The notes under the pieces are model-generated. The model was not told the origin of the DNA, made no database searches, and saw nothing but the letters and a program-made list of their open reading frames with translations. From Mobula hypostoma (lineage: Eukaryota), in contig NC_086108.1 of the NCBI RefSeq assembly GCF_963921235.1, positions 106,952,001 through 107,016,000 of the forward strand: 64,000 nucleotides of DNA, read 5' to 3'. The position numbers and the translations under genes are program-made. Shown in pieces: positions 12,341 through 24,623 of the stretch. The first letter of the stretch is position 1, and every line of letters starts with the position of its first letter.

Positions 12341-13200
12341 CTCATTGAAACCCTTAGAATGTTGAAAGGTCTTGAAAGAAAGAATGTTTCCTATGATAGG
12401 GGAGTCTAAGATCAGAGGACACTGCTTCCTAATAGAGGGACGTCCTTTTAGAATGGAAATGAGGAGGAATTTCTTTAGCTAGAGCGTTGTGAATGGGTGG
12501 AATTTGTCACCACAGGTGGCTGTGGAGGTCACAGGTAGATAGGGTAGTTAAGAAAGCTTATGGGGTGTTATCTTTCATAAGTCGAGGGATAGAGTTTAAG
12601 AGTTGCAATGTAATGATGCAGCTCTATAAAACTCTGGTTAGGCCACACTTGGAGTACTGTGTCCAGTTCTGGTCGCCTCACTATAGGAAAGATGTGGAAG
12701 CATTGGAAAGGGTACAAAGGAGATTTACCAGGATGCTGCCTGGTTTAGAGAGTATGCATTATGATCAGAGATTAAGGGAGCTAGGGCTTTACTCTTTGGA
12801 GAGGAGGAGGATGAGAGGAGACATGATAGAGGTGTACAAGATAATAAGAGGAATAGATAGAGTGGAGAGCCAGTGCCTCTTCCCCAGGGCGCCACTGCTC
12901 AATACAAGAGGACGTGGCTTTAAGGTAAGGGGTGGGAAGTTCAAGGGGGATATTAGAGGAAGGTTTTTCACTCAGAGAGTGGTTAGTGTAATGTGCTGTA
13001 CTATTCTATGTTGTATGTTCAAGTCATTGGGTATATTGAAGGCAAAGGTTGATAGATTCTTGATCAGTCAGGGTATGAAGGGAATGGGGAGAAGGCAGGA
13101 GATTGGGGGTTGAGAGGGAAAATGGATCAGCCATGATGAAATGGTGGAGCAGACACAATGGGCCCAATGGCCTAATTCTGCTCCTATATCTTATGCTCTT
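12341..13200 (+). mobile_element. CR1 3' fragment containing a nested younger CR1 piece (12529-13020)
   Basis: The host phrase ggctgtggagg|caagtcattggg is split by a segment nearly identical to 8815-9260 that ends in a TTCTATG-type tail. Confidence 0.85.
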
Positions 13201-14613
13201 ATTATGCCCGGAATCAATAAAGTATGACTATGACTATTATAAAGCCTCAGCATCACATCCTTGTTTTTAAAATGAATGCTAACATTTCATGTGCCTTCCC
13301 TACCACTAATTTAACCTGTAAGTTAACCTTTAGGGAATCCTGCAAGAGGGCTCCCAAATCCCTTTGCACTTCTAATTTCTGAATTCTCTCCCCATTTAGA
13401 AAATAGTCTATGCCTTTATTCCTTCTAATAAAATGCATGAATTTGTTACATTCCTGTTAGTTATCTTGCATTTTAAGCTCCTACTTTTTCAAGTGCCCAC
13501 AAGGAGCAATATTTTCTCTTTGCAGTTAAGATTTTAATGAGCTTTAAGATTTGTATTAAGATTGTAAATTCTTCTGCAGGGACAATTCATTTCTTTCTCT
13601 TTTAAAAAGTATCAAATGTAGAAATTATTGAACACTTTTTAAGGTATAGGCAACCAGAGTCTGGAGGTTATACCAGAATGAAACACCATTCAGATTACAA
13701 AGTAGAGTTAAAAAAGTTCAATTTCAAAAACAAAGTTGTTATGAATGTACATGCATATCGCTATATGTAACCCAGAGATTTCCTCGAGCTGACTGAGGGA
13801 TCTGATGCTCTGCTGTTTCCAAGGGAGTTAAGTGAACTTTGAAGTAGAGTGTGTGTCCTGGAGGCCAAGACGCTTGGAGCCCATGATCAGCTCCATTTCT
13901 CAACGGTCCTGCCCATTGAAGTCTCGAGCAAGATTGAAATCAGTGAGGATGAGAGTGGAAGGCGAGTGGGTGTTCAGTACCATCTGCCTGCAAACGACTG
14001 GTCTCCCTCTCCCTCTCACTCGATGGTGCCGGAGGAAGGTGGCTGCATTTGACCCGTCCCTTTCTCACCCTTTTGCTCGATGCTGTCAAGGAAGGTGCCA
14101 GAATCTTGGGCTTTGTGCAAGGTTTAATCAACACACTTTGTGGTTTGGACTCTGTAGTTCATGTTGTGATGTGTTTCTTGTTTTTGGTTACTCCCTTTTT
14201 TATTGCTAATTTGTGTGATTTTGATTGGGGCGGACTGGCTCCATGGCCTGTAGTCAATGAATGATACAGCGATGAATTGAACTGAACACAAACTGAACAT
14301 TCCCAAGCTGTTTCAATCACTCTTTGGTTTGATATTTTATATTCTGTGTTTTCTGCTTATATTCTGCCATTTGCATGATTTGTTCTTTTCAGTCATAGTC
14401 ATAGTCATACTTTATTGATCCCGGGGGAAATTTTGTTTGCTTGTTGAGTGATGTCATATTTGAACGGGTTCTGTGGTGTTGTTTCATGGCTATCTGTCAG
14501 AGGATGAATCTCAGGGTTGTATACTACATACATACTTAGATAATAAACATACTTTGAACTCTGAGATTCATTTTCTTGCAGGCATTCACAGTAGATGCAA
14601 AGAAACAATAACA

Positions 14614-14912
14614 GGCATCCGTTAGTCTCATGAGACCATGGATTTGCGCCTTGGAAGGTTTCCAGGGCGCAGGCCTGGGCAAGGTTGTATGGAAGACCGA
14701 CAGCTGCCCATGCTGCAAGTCTCCCCTCTCCACGCCACTGATGTTGTCCAAGGGAAGGGCATTAGGACCCATACAGCTTGGCACCGGTGTTGTCGCAGAG
14801 CAATGTGTGGTTAAGTGCCTTGCTCAAGGACACAACACGCTGCCTCAGCTGAGGCTTGAACTGGCGACCTTCAGATCACTAGACCGATGCCTTAACCACT
14901 TGGCCATGCGCC
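14614..14912 (-). mobile_element. tRNA-headed SINE with CORE-like domain and RTE-related tail
   Basis: The minus strand starts GGCGCATGGCCAAGTGG (A box)...GTTCAAGCC (B box), then GTGTCCTTGAGCAAGGCACTTAACC. A second copy is at 62876-63194. Confidence 0.8.
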
Positions 14913-16140
14913 AACACAAAGAACCAAATAAGCCAATGAAAACTGTACATATGCAAAGTCAGACAAATAACCAATGAAGACAAACTGTGCAACTTCAAAA
15001 AAAGTAATAAATAATATTGATACCATGAGTGGTAAGTGAGCCCATAGTTCATTCATTTCCATGGATGCTATCTGGCCAGCAGAGTTTTGTGTGCATTGTT
15101 CTGGATTTCTGGTATCTGTAGACTGTTATTGCACTTGCCGTCACCACTCTCTCTGGCAGATCATTCTATATACTGTATGCAACAACCCTCTGTATTTTTT
15201 TTAAAGTTGTCTCTCAGGTGACAGCCAATTCCTGTGCCCTACCTTTTAAAATAATAAACCCTAGAAGTAAATTTATCTCTTTCACAGCACAGGCTTGTTG
15301 AAGGGAGATGAGGAGGCTCTGTGTTTTTTAGATGTTACTGTCACGCCTGCCAGACATTGTAGAAATGAAGGAGCTGTGCAGGGACCAGCCCACATAGACT
15401 ACTTTACATTGTACCAGGCAATCAGTGATTAGTATCATCTCGCTGTTATCAAATATGTACAATTACTTACGGTATTTTAACTTGGTGTTGAGCTTGTTCA
15501 CTGTCTATCACTGAAATGAGTAAATTGTTCTATTTATTATGAGAATATTGCCTCAATGGGGCTACTGATGCATCAACATTTTGTTGTCTTTAAGTTTTCA
15601 TTTTTGACAACATGATCCCATATTGGGGAAACATTTTTTTTTGTCATTTGCTCTCTGTTTCACTGGCATTGTTTATTTGTTTGTTTATTTAGGGGTAGAG
15701 TATGGAAAAGGCCCTTCTGGCCCTCAGAGCTGCGGTGTTATTTAAATCTAGCCTCATCACAAGACGATTCACAATGACCAATTCACTTAACTGGAGCAAC
15801 ACACACAGAATGCAGGAAGAACTCAGCAAGTCCGGCAGCATCTATGGAGAGCATTAAACAGTCGACGTTTTAGGCTGAGACACTTCCTCAGGACCTCCCT
15901 GGATTTTATGAGGTCACTGTAGTACCAAAAGGAAAACCACACGGTCGCACGGAGAACATACAAATTCCTTGTTGACAGCGCCAGACTTGAACACCAAACT
16001 CCAACGCCCTGAGCGGTAATAGTGTCGCGCTAACCGCTGCACTATCTTGGCACTCCAAATGACCGGGACAAAATGTGAGTAACTGATGGGAGTGTGCTCT
16101 CTGGTTGTGTCTCTTGTTTCTGGTGTATGCTGATGTAAGC

Positions 16141-16830
16141 ATTCTGCAGGTTGCTCGGGACTGGAAAATGGACGTGGACTTGGAATGAAAGCTTGAATTT
16201 CCCCCAGACATTGCAGCTACAACACTCCGGCCAGACGTGGTCTTGTGGTCCACAACAGCCAAGCTGGCGTATGTTGTGGAATTGACAGTACCATGGGAAG
16301 ATGGTGTCGAAGAAGCTTATGAGAGGAAAAAGACCAAGTACTCTGAACTGGCAACTGAAGCTGCCCAGAATGGCTGGAAGACCAAGATTTTCCTTGTAGA
16401 AGTGGGATGCAAGGGATTCGTTGCTACATCTACGACCAGTCTATTGAAGATGGGGGTGAGGGGTCACTCCCTCCAACAAGCAATCAAGTCCTTGTCAAAT
16501 GCAGCAGAAGAAAGCAGCAATTGGATTTGGATTAAAAGGAAAGACAACAACTGGGCTGCAAGATGAAGACAGGAGGGTATGGAACTGAGGGGGTGTATCT
16601 GGGACGCCAGGTAGCACTGTTGTGCTCTCTGGAGTCGCCGTGGGCTTAGCAATGAAACGTCAAAGAAGGAGGGTGCCCATCTGATGACCCCAATGACGTA
16701 CCTACCCTCCCTCCTTGTCACCACTCCAAGCCCACTGCCAACATCGAGAGTGCCAACTTACCATAGGGATTGAAGCATCAAGTCCTAGTAGCTCTACTGA
16801 GAGGCGAGTTTGGACAGAAAAGGCAGACTT
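16141..16830 (+). mobile_element. Hero-like non-LTR retrotransposon 3' fragment with restriction-like endonuclease
   Basis: TTLRPDVVLWS...VVELTVPWEDGVEEAYERKKTKYSEL...VEVGCKGF...WIWIKRKD is a PD-(D/E)xK-type RLE domain with an RKxxKY motif. The stop is at 16566. Confidence 0.85.
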
Positions 16831-16924
16831 TCCCCAGGCACTGTCCAGCAGTCTTCCTGCTTCCCATTGAGCCTGCCAGAGCCCACATTAGTGGGCTGTT
16901 TTTAAAAGAAGGATCTCTATTCCT

Positions 16925-17266
16925 AAGCACAAGAGATTTTGCAGATGATGGAAATCTTAAGGAACACACACAAAGTGCTATAGGAACTCAGCAGGTCAAG
17001 CAGCACCTATAGAGGGGAATAAACAGTCGATCTTTTAAACTGAGACCCAGCATTAGCACAGGAGATGAAGAAGGCAGAAACCAGAATTTTTCCATTCTGC
17101 CCATTGGGACAGTGGAGAAGAGGGAATGTTCGTGTGTGAGAAGGATCCAGAATGGGCCAAGATCCAATGAGTCCTGACAAATGGTCTTGGCCTGAAATGT
17201 CAACTGTTTGTTCCCCTTCCATGGATGTTGCCTGACTTGCTGAGTTCCTCCAGCATTTTGTGTGTT
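16925..17266 (-). mobile_element. Older inverted-arm Penelope-derived element
   Basis: Arms at about 16966-17050 and 17170-17266 are imperfect reverse complements with decayed hammerhead motifs. The tail is on the left. Confidence 0.75.
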
Positions 17267-17804
17267 CCCACACTTCTTGTTGCCTCAGTAAAGCAGCCAG
17301 CAAATTCAAAAACCCCACCCGTCACATACATTCTCTTTTCTCCCCTCTTCCAATGAGCAGAAGATACAAAAGCCTGAAAGCACATACCAGCTGGTTCAAG
17401 AATAGATTCTACCCTACTGTTAAAATGGTTCCTGAGTATGAAAAGATGTTTCTTTTAAACTCACAATCTACCTCTGTATAATTTTGTATCTTGTTTACTT
17501 GCACTACACATTTGCCTTGTTGTTACATTTTCTTCTGCATTGTAATTGTTTCACATTGGTCTGTCAATGCACAGGGTAATGATCTGTTATGTAGGAACAG
17601 TATGCAAGACCAGCTTTTCACCGTATCTCAGCACATATGTCAATAATAAACCAATTCCAATTCCTATGACTGTGGGTGTAATGAGAATGAATAATAGCCA
17701 TTTATGACTTCACTCATCATGAGCTCTCTAAGTTCCTGTATTCTTCCCAATGTGCATTGTTCTGACAGCTGCTATGTTTCCAATTGCCTCGATCACCCAA
17801 TATA

Positions 17805-18503
17805 CACTCAGTTGTCAGATTATTAGGGACAGGAGAATACCTAATAAAGTGGCTGCAGGAGTGGAACCTGTTGAGGTCTTTTGCTGCCTCAGGGTTCGAT
17901 GTAACGTGCATTCAGAAATGCACTTGCACACATTACCATTGTAATACGTGGTTGTCTGAATTACTGTCACCTTCTTGTCAGTTTGAACCAGTCTGGCTAT
18001 TCTTCTCTGACCTCTCTCATTAGCAAGACGTTTTCACCCACAGAACGGCCACTCACTAGATTTTTTTTGTCGTTTGCACCATTCTCTGTAAATTCTAAAG
18101 ACTGTTGTGTGTGAAACTCCCAGGAGATCAGCAGGTTCTGAGATACTCAAACCACTCCATCTGTTACCGACAATCATTCCACGGCCAAAGTCACAGATCA
18201 CATTTCTTCCCCATTCTATGACTATTCTATGGTATGGATGGCTATGGTCTGGGTGCACATTGATGGGACTAGGCAGTTTAAATGGTCCAGCATGGACCAG
18301 ATGGGTCGAAGGACCTGAATCTGTGCTGTACTTTTCTATGACTATGACTCTGTTCTGATTTTCAGTCTGAACAACAACAACTGGACCTCTTGACTATGAC
18401 TGCATTCTTTTATGCATTGAATTGCTGCCATATGATTGGCTGATTAGATATTTGCATGAATGAACAGGTGTACAGGTGTATCTAATAAAGTGGCTACTGA
18501 GTG
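17805..18503 (-). mobile_element. Non-autonomous Tc1/mariner element with N-terminal transposase remnant
   Basis: TA|CACTCAG...TATTAG and CTAATAAAGTGGCTACTGAGTG|TA termini. The minus ORF contains DFGRGMIVG...GLSISEPADLLGVSHTTVFRIYREW (Tc1 HTH). A small CR1-tail insert is at about 18215-18350. Confidence 0.88.
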
Positions 18504-20472
18504 TAGTATTTTATCCTTAAATTAATCAATTACTTCACCTCCTATTGTTTTTCTTTTCAAAAACTCCTTAAATCTCATTTGTTTAACCACGCTTGAGGTC
18601 AATATAAGAATATGGACCAAGAGCTAGGATGTGGAATCAATCTAACTCTTCCCTCCCATATAGCTCTCTATTTTCCATTCATTCACATGTCTATCCAAGA
18701 ATCTCGTAAATGTCTCTAATGTATTCAATTTTGCCATCATCCCTGGCAGCACGAACCATTCTTCATATAAATAACAAAAAAAAAATTACCTCTGACATTT
18801 CCCTCTTTATACTTCCCTCAATTACCTTTAGATTATGCCCTCTTCTATCAGCCATTTCCACCCTGGGGGAATAGTCTGTAGCTGTCCACTCTATGTATGT
18901 CTATTATCATCTTTTCTCTGTCACATATCCTCTCATCCTTCTTCGCTCCAAAGAGAAAAGTCCAAGCTCGTTCAACCAATTCTCGTAAGACATGCTCTCT
19001 AATTCAGGCAGCATCCTGGTAAATCTCCCCTGCACTCTCTCTAAAGCTTTCACAGCCTTCCTACAATGAGGTGACCAATGTGGTCCAACAAGAATTTTAA
19101 GACCTGATCTCCACAAATCCCTCAACTAATGTAGGGTAAGGTAACGGGTAACTAAAGACACATATTGTTCACAATAGAAGCTGTTCTACATAGCTAACAA
19201 ATATCTTAATGGAGCTATTGTGTTCACTTTAAGAGACGGTGTCTGAGACAATGACGTCGTGTAAGATAACGATTATTGGTTTGCTCGTAATGGAAATCTT
19301 TACTAAGCACATAAAATGACTCTCACATGTTTTATCCTACAATGACTTCTTAACCAACCTATCATCTTGTGAGGAACGTCTTTCCTTAAATATCAGACTA
19401 TAAGACACAGGAGCAGATCTAGGCCATTCAGCCCATTGAGTCTGCTCTGCCATTCCAACATGGCTGATTCCAGATCCCACTCAACCCCATAAAGCCACCT
19501 TCTCATCATATCCTTTGAACCCTGATTGATCAGGAAATGCTTTAAACATACCCACAAGATTTGGCCTCCACTTCAGTCTGTGGCTGAGCATTCCACAGAT
19601 TTACTACTCTCTGGATAAAAAAAATCCTCCTTACCTCTTTTCTAAAAGGTCACCCGTCATTTTGAGGCTGTGCCTTCTAGTTCTAAATACCCCAACCAAA
19701 GGAAACATCCTCTCCACATCCACCCTATCTAGTCTTATCAACATTCGGTGGATTTCAATGATATCCCCATGTATTCTGCTGAATTGCAGTGATTTCAGGC
19801 CCAAAGCTACCAAACACACCTCATATGTTAGCCCCTTCATTCCTGGAATCATCCTCGTGAACCTCTTCTGGACTCTCCCCAATGACAACCCATCCTTTCT
19901 GAGATACGCAGCCCAAAACTGTTGACAATACTCCAATTGCAGCCTGACTGGTGTCTTATAAAGTCTCAGCATTATTTCCTTTCTTTTATATTCTATTCCC
20001 CTTGAAATAAATGCCAACATTGCATTTGCCTTCTTTACTACATTCAACTTGTAAACTAATCTTCTGGGATTCTTGTATGGGGACTCCTAAGTCCCTCTGA
20101 ACCTCCAACGTTTGAACTTTCTCTCCATTTTGATAATAGTCCGCACTAATGTTCCTTTCACCAAAATGAGTTATCATACATTTCCCAACACTGTATTTCA
20201 TCCGCCACTTTTTTGCCCATGCTTCCAATTTGTCTAAGTCCTGCTGCAATTGCATTGCTTCCTCAGCACTACCTACCCCTCCACCTATCTTTGTATTATC
20301 CACAAAGCCATCAATTCCATTATCCAAATCATTGACAAACAATGTGAAAATTAGTGGTTCCAATACTGACCCCTAAGAAATGCCACGAGTTACCAACAGC
20401 CAACAAGAATAGGTCCCTTTTATTCCCACCCGCTGCCTCCTGTCTGACAGCCATTCTGCTATCCATGCCAGT

Positions 20473-21311
20473 TATCAGCATCAGGTGCCGTGCCCAGTTT
20501 GAGCTTTGACTGCCTTGGCCCACACACTCCTGTTTCGGGTCAAATGGATCAATTCATTGGCATTCATTTCCAGTTCCCTGGCTGCTGTCTCCATCATCAT
20601 TTGTCTTTGTCTTTCTCCTGCTTTCTTCCCTTCAGTCTTTCCCATAATTACCGTGCATTCTAACTCCTCTTTCCTAATCACAAGTCCAATGAAGTCACGT
20701 TGCCTTTTCATGATCTCATACATTATTTCTCTTTTTGTGTTTGCTCTGTTCATGACATCCTCGTTAGATATTCGTTTCATCCATGATATTCTTTGCATCC
20801 TCCTCAAAAACCACATCTCTGCTGCTTCAATTCGTTTCCTCATGTTACTAGATATTGTCCAACATTCTGAGCCATATAACATAACTGGATAAACGTAACG
20901 TTTCAGTACTCTGAGGCAGGTTGTCAGGCCTAGTTTAGTATTGGTCAGTATACTCTTCATTCTCATAAAGGTGTCTTTTGCCTTCCCTATTCTTCTTTTG
21001 ATGTCCACGTCGCATCTGCCATCTGATGTCGCCCAGTTTCCTAAGTAGCAAAAGTTCTGTACTTGTTTTATGTCTTCCCCATTTATTCTCAGCCTGCAGA
21101 TAGGATTCTCCTTCTTTTTGGATATCACCATACATTCTGTCTTTTTGCAATTGATAGATAGACCCATTTTTGCACTTTCTTCAACAAAAATATCAATTAC
21201 GTTTTGTAGTTCTTCCTCCATACTTGCAATTAACACAGTGTCATCTGTATATCTGAAATTATTGATGTTTTCACCTCCAGCTTTGATTCCCAAGATGTCT
21301 CTTATTTTTTG
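20473..21311 (-). mobile_element. 5'-truncated RTE-clade LINE
   Basis: Open frame GIKAGGENINNFRYTDDTVLIA...FCYLG...YGSECW...EAAEMWFLRRM. The 13-bp TSD TATCCATGCCAGT is at 20460-20472 and 21312-21324. Confidence 0.92.
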
Positions 21312-21470
21312 TATCCATGCCAGTATCTTTCCTGTAACACCATATGATTTTATGTTGTTAAGCAGTCTCATGTGTGGCACCTTATGAAACACCGTCTGAA
21401 AATCCAAGTAAATGACATCCACTGCCTCTCCATTGTCCACCCTGTTTGTTACTTCCTCAAAGAACTCAAA

Positions 21471-22508
21471 TGGAAGCAGATGAGATGTACCCCAGGCTAC
21501 AATGGGAGGCAAGGAAGGAGATTGCTGAGCCTCTGGCAATTATCTTTGCATCATCAATAAATGACTTGGTTGAGGAAGTGGAGCGATGGGTTAGTAAGTT
21601 TGCTGATTACACAAAGGTTAGGGGTGTTGTGGATAGTGTGGAGGGCTGTCAGAGGTTACAGCGGGACATCAATAGGATGCAAAACTGGGTTGAGAAGTGG
21701 CAGATGGAGTTCAACCCAGATAAGTGTGAAGTGGTTCATTTTGTTAGGTGAAATATGATGGCAGAATATAGTATTAATGGCAATACTGGCAGTGTGGAGG
21801 ATCAGAGGGATCTTGGGGTCTGAGTCCATAGGACACACAAATCTTCTGCACAGGTTGACTGTGTGGCTAAGAGAGCATACGGTTCATTGGCCTTCATCAA
21901 TCGTGGGATTAAGTCTTAGAGCCAAGGGGTAATGTCACAGCTTTATAGGACCCTGGTCAGACCCCACTTGGAATTCTATGCTCGGTTCTGGTCGCCTCAC
22001 TGCAGGAAGGATGTGGAAACTATAGCAAGGGTGTAGAGGAGATTTACAAGGATGTTGCCTGGTTTGGGGAGCATGCCTTATGAGAATAGGTTGAGTGAAC
22101 TCAGCCTTTTCTCCTTAGAGTGATGGAGGATGAGTGGTGACCTGATAGAGGTGTACAATATAATGAGAGGCATTTATCGTGTGGATAGTCAGAGGCTTTT
22201 TCCTAGGGCTGAAATCGCTAACATGAGAGGGCACAGTTTTAAGGTGCTTGGAAGTAGGTACAGAGAAGATGTCAGGGGTAAGTTTTTTTAGGCAGAGGGT
22301 GGTGAGTGCGTGGAATGGGCTGCCGGCGGTGGTGGTGGAGGCAGATACAATAGGGTCTTTTAAGAGACTCCTGGATAGGTACATGGAGCTTAGAAAAATA
22401 AAGGGGTACGGATAACCAGAGGTAATTTCTAAAGTAGTTACATGTTTGGCACAGCATTTTGGGCCAAAGGACTTGTATTGTGCTCTTGGTTTTCTATGTT
22501 TCTATGTC
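21471..22508 (+). mobile_element. CR1 3' fragment with internal deletion
   Basis: DEMYPRL..EAREEIAEPL is joined directly to INDL...VSKFADYTK. It ends in (TTTCTATG)n. Confidence 0.9.
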
Positions 22509-23289
22509 TCTAGATTTGTCAGGCAAGGTTTCCCTTTACAGAAATCACGCTGATGTTGACTTGTTTTGTTATTAGTCCCCAATTACCCTGAAACCTCATC
22601 CTTAACAATAGACTCTACGAGGTTAGGCTAACTGGCCTAAAATTTCCTTTGTTTTTGTCTTCCTCCCTTCCTAAAGAGTGGAGTGACAGTTGAAATTTTC
22701 CAGTCCTCTGGGACCAGGCCAGAATCAAGTGATTCTTGAAAGATCATGACCAATGCATCCGTTATCTCTCCAGTAACCTCTCTCAGGACTCTGGGATATA
22801 GTCTATCTGGTCCGGTGACTTATCCACCTTAAGATCTTTGAGTTTGCCTAGCATTTTTTCCTTTGCAATTGCAATGGCACTCTCTCCTGCTCCCTGACAC
22901 TCACAGACCTTTGGCACACTGCTTGTGTCTTCTACAATGAAGACAGATGCAAAGTACTCATTAAGTTCATCCGCCATTTCTTTGTCCCATTCCTACCTCA
23001 CCATTTCTCATGCCCTGATATCAAATCTTACCTCCCTTTTATTCTTTACATAAATGAAAAAACTTTTGGCATCTTGCTTTATATTATTGGTTAGTCTGCC
23101 CTCATATTTCATCTTTTCCCTTCTTATAGCTTTTTTAGTTGCCTTTTGCAGGAATTTAAAAACTTCCCAATCACACAACTTCCCACTCACTTTCGTTGTC
23201 TTACATGCCCATTCCTTGGCTTTTATGCAGTCCTTAACTTCCCTTGTCAGCCATGGTTGCCTGCCCCTGCCATTTGAGAACAACTTCTG

Positions 23290-23417
23290 CGGTTGGTTAA
23301 TTGGTCAATGTGAATTGTCCTGTGGTTAGTCTAGGGTTAAATCGGGAGATTGCTGGGTGATGTGAATTGAAGGGCCAGAAGAGCCTACTCTGTGCTGTGT
23401 CTCAATAAATAAATAAA
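23290..23417 (+). mobile_element. HE1-type V-SINE 3' part with CR1-derived tail
   Basis: ggttaattggtca...gaagggccagaagagcctactctgtgctgt...(AAAT)n. A fuller copy is at 52700-53005. Confidence 0.7.
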
Positions 23418-23499
23418 AAGGAGATGGGGAAACAAAGGAAGAAAGATGAAGGTTTCCTCTCTCTTCCCAGTCAAACATGAGGAATTTTGTGGCAAGATT

Positions 23500-23710
23500 T
23501 TTGAGGAATAATAGGGAGAGATCTCCCTAGATGGTCTTTATCTCTGAACCAATATCACCAATAGAGATTATCTAGCCATTTATCACACTGATGTCCTTGG
23601 GATTTTTACAGCACAAAAATTAGCTGTCACAATGCCTACATCACTGCAGTGAATTCATTGTGCTTTGAGACTATGGGAGACCCGGTGTAATTGCATGTTT
23701 TCTGTCTTTC
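23500..23710 (+). mobile_element. Ancient Deu-domain SINE remnant (SacSINE1/AmnSINE-like)
   Basis: ccaatatcacc...agattatctagccatttatcacactgatgt...aaattagctg...cctacatcactgcagtga resembles the Deu core. A second remnant is at about 33575-33670. Confidence 0.55.
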
Positions 23711-24209
23711 TCTCATTTGATTACTCTTGTAATACAAACCCTGGGACCTTCTACCTAAAAGCATGCAAGTTGTTATTGCTTTGGGGAAGGTTTTGGGGTG
23801 GAGGGAGATGTGTTTGAGTTAGGAACTGTGTAATTGTGTAGCAGAGGGAAGAGAAAATGTTACGGGAAAACATATATGATAGAAAAGGACAGGAAACCTC
23901 ACCAGAGCACAGACTGTAACAATATCAATAATATAAGAGGAAACTTGGTAATGCTGAATAACCAGCACAGAGCCTCACTAGAATAAAAAAAAAGACCGAC
24001 AAAATAGGAATTTAATATTTTGGCATCATTGTCATCTCGCGAGACCGTCAACCATCACTAGATCCTTGAAAAATAATCGCTAATGGTGTCGGGCTCGAAT
24101 CAGCATTAGCGAGTCCAGGTTAAATCTAAGCACACTTGCTCAAATATTCACTTGTGCATGTAGGCTCTGATTTTCAGCCTGTAGCTGTTCAGTGGCTTCA
24201 GAAGTGGCA

Positions 24210-24562
24210 GATCAGAATCACGTTTAATATCACTGGCGGATGTCGTGAAATTTGTTGACTTTGCAGTAGTAATACAATGCGTACGTATCATTGAGTGTGT
24301 GTCTTCAGGCTCCTGCACCTCCTTCTTGATGGGAGCAATGAGAACAGGACATGTCCTGAGTGAAGGGAGTCCTTAATGATAGACACTGCCATTTTGATTT
24401 ATCACTCCTTGAAGATGTCCTGGATTCTGCAGAGGCTAGTGCCCATGATGGAGCTGATTAAGTTTACAACTCTATGCAGCTTACTTCAATCCTGTGAAGT
24501 AGCTACCCCCCGCCCCATACCAGACGAAGATGCAGCCAGTTAGAATAGTACATCTGTAGAAA
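24210..24562 (-). mobile_element. Rex1/Babar-like 3' fragment
   Basis: Same C-terminal motifs and gattctga-type tail as the other Rex copies. Confidence 0.7.
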
Positions 24563-24623
24563 TCAGGTGAAGTTTATTGTCATTTAATTATATATATGTA
24601 TATAACATATATAACCAGAGTTA

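Larger units (their letters stand above)
19395..23285 (-). mobile_element. Degraded CR1 LINE (host of two nested insertions)
   Basis: Colinear CR1 ORF2 peptides in minus ORFs 23008-23283, 22783-22977, 19986-20363 and 19631-20047, with the 3' tail near 19395. Confidence 0.9.

Noticed and set aside
14840..14912. tRNA gene-like sequence with A and B boxes
   Set aside because: It is the head of a repeated SINE and lacks a proper acceptor stem.
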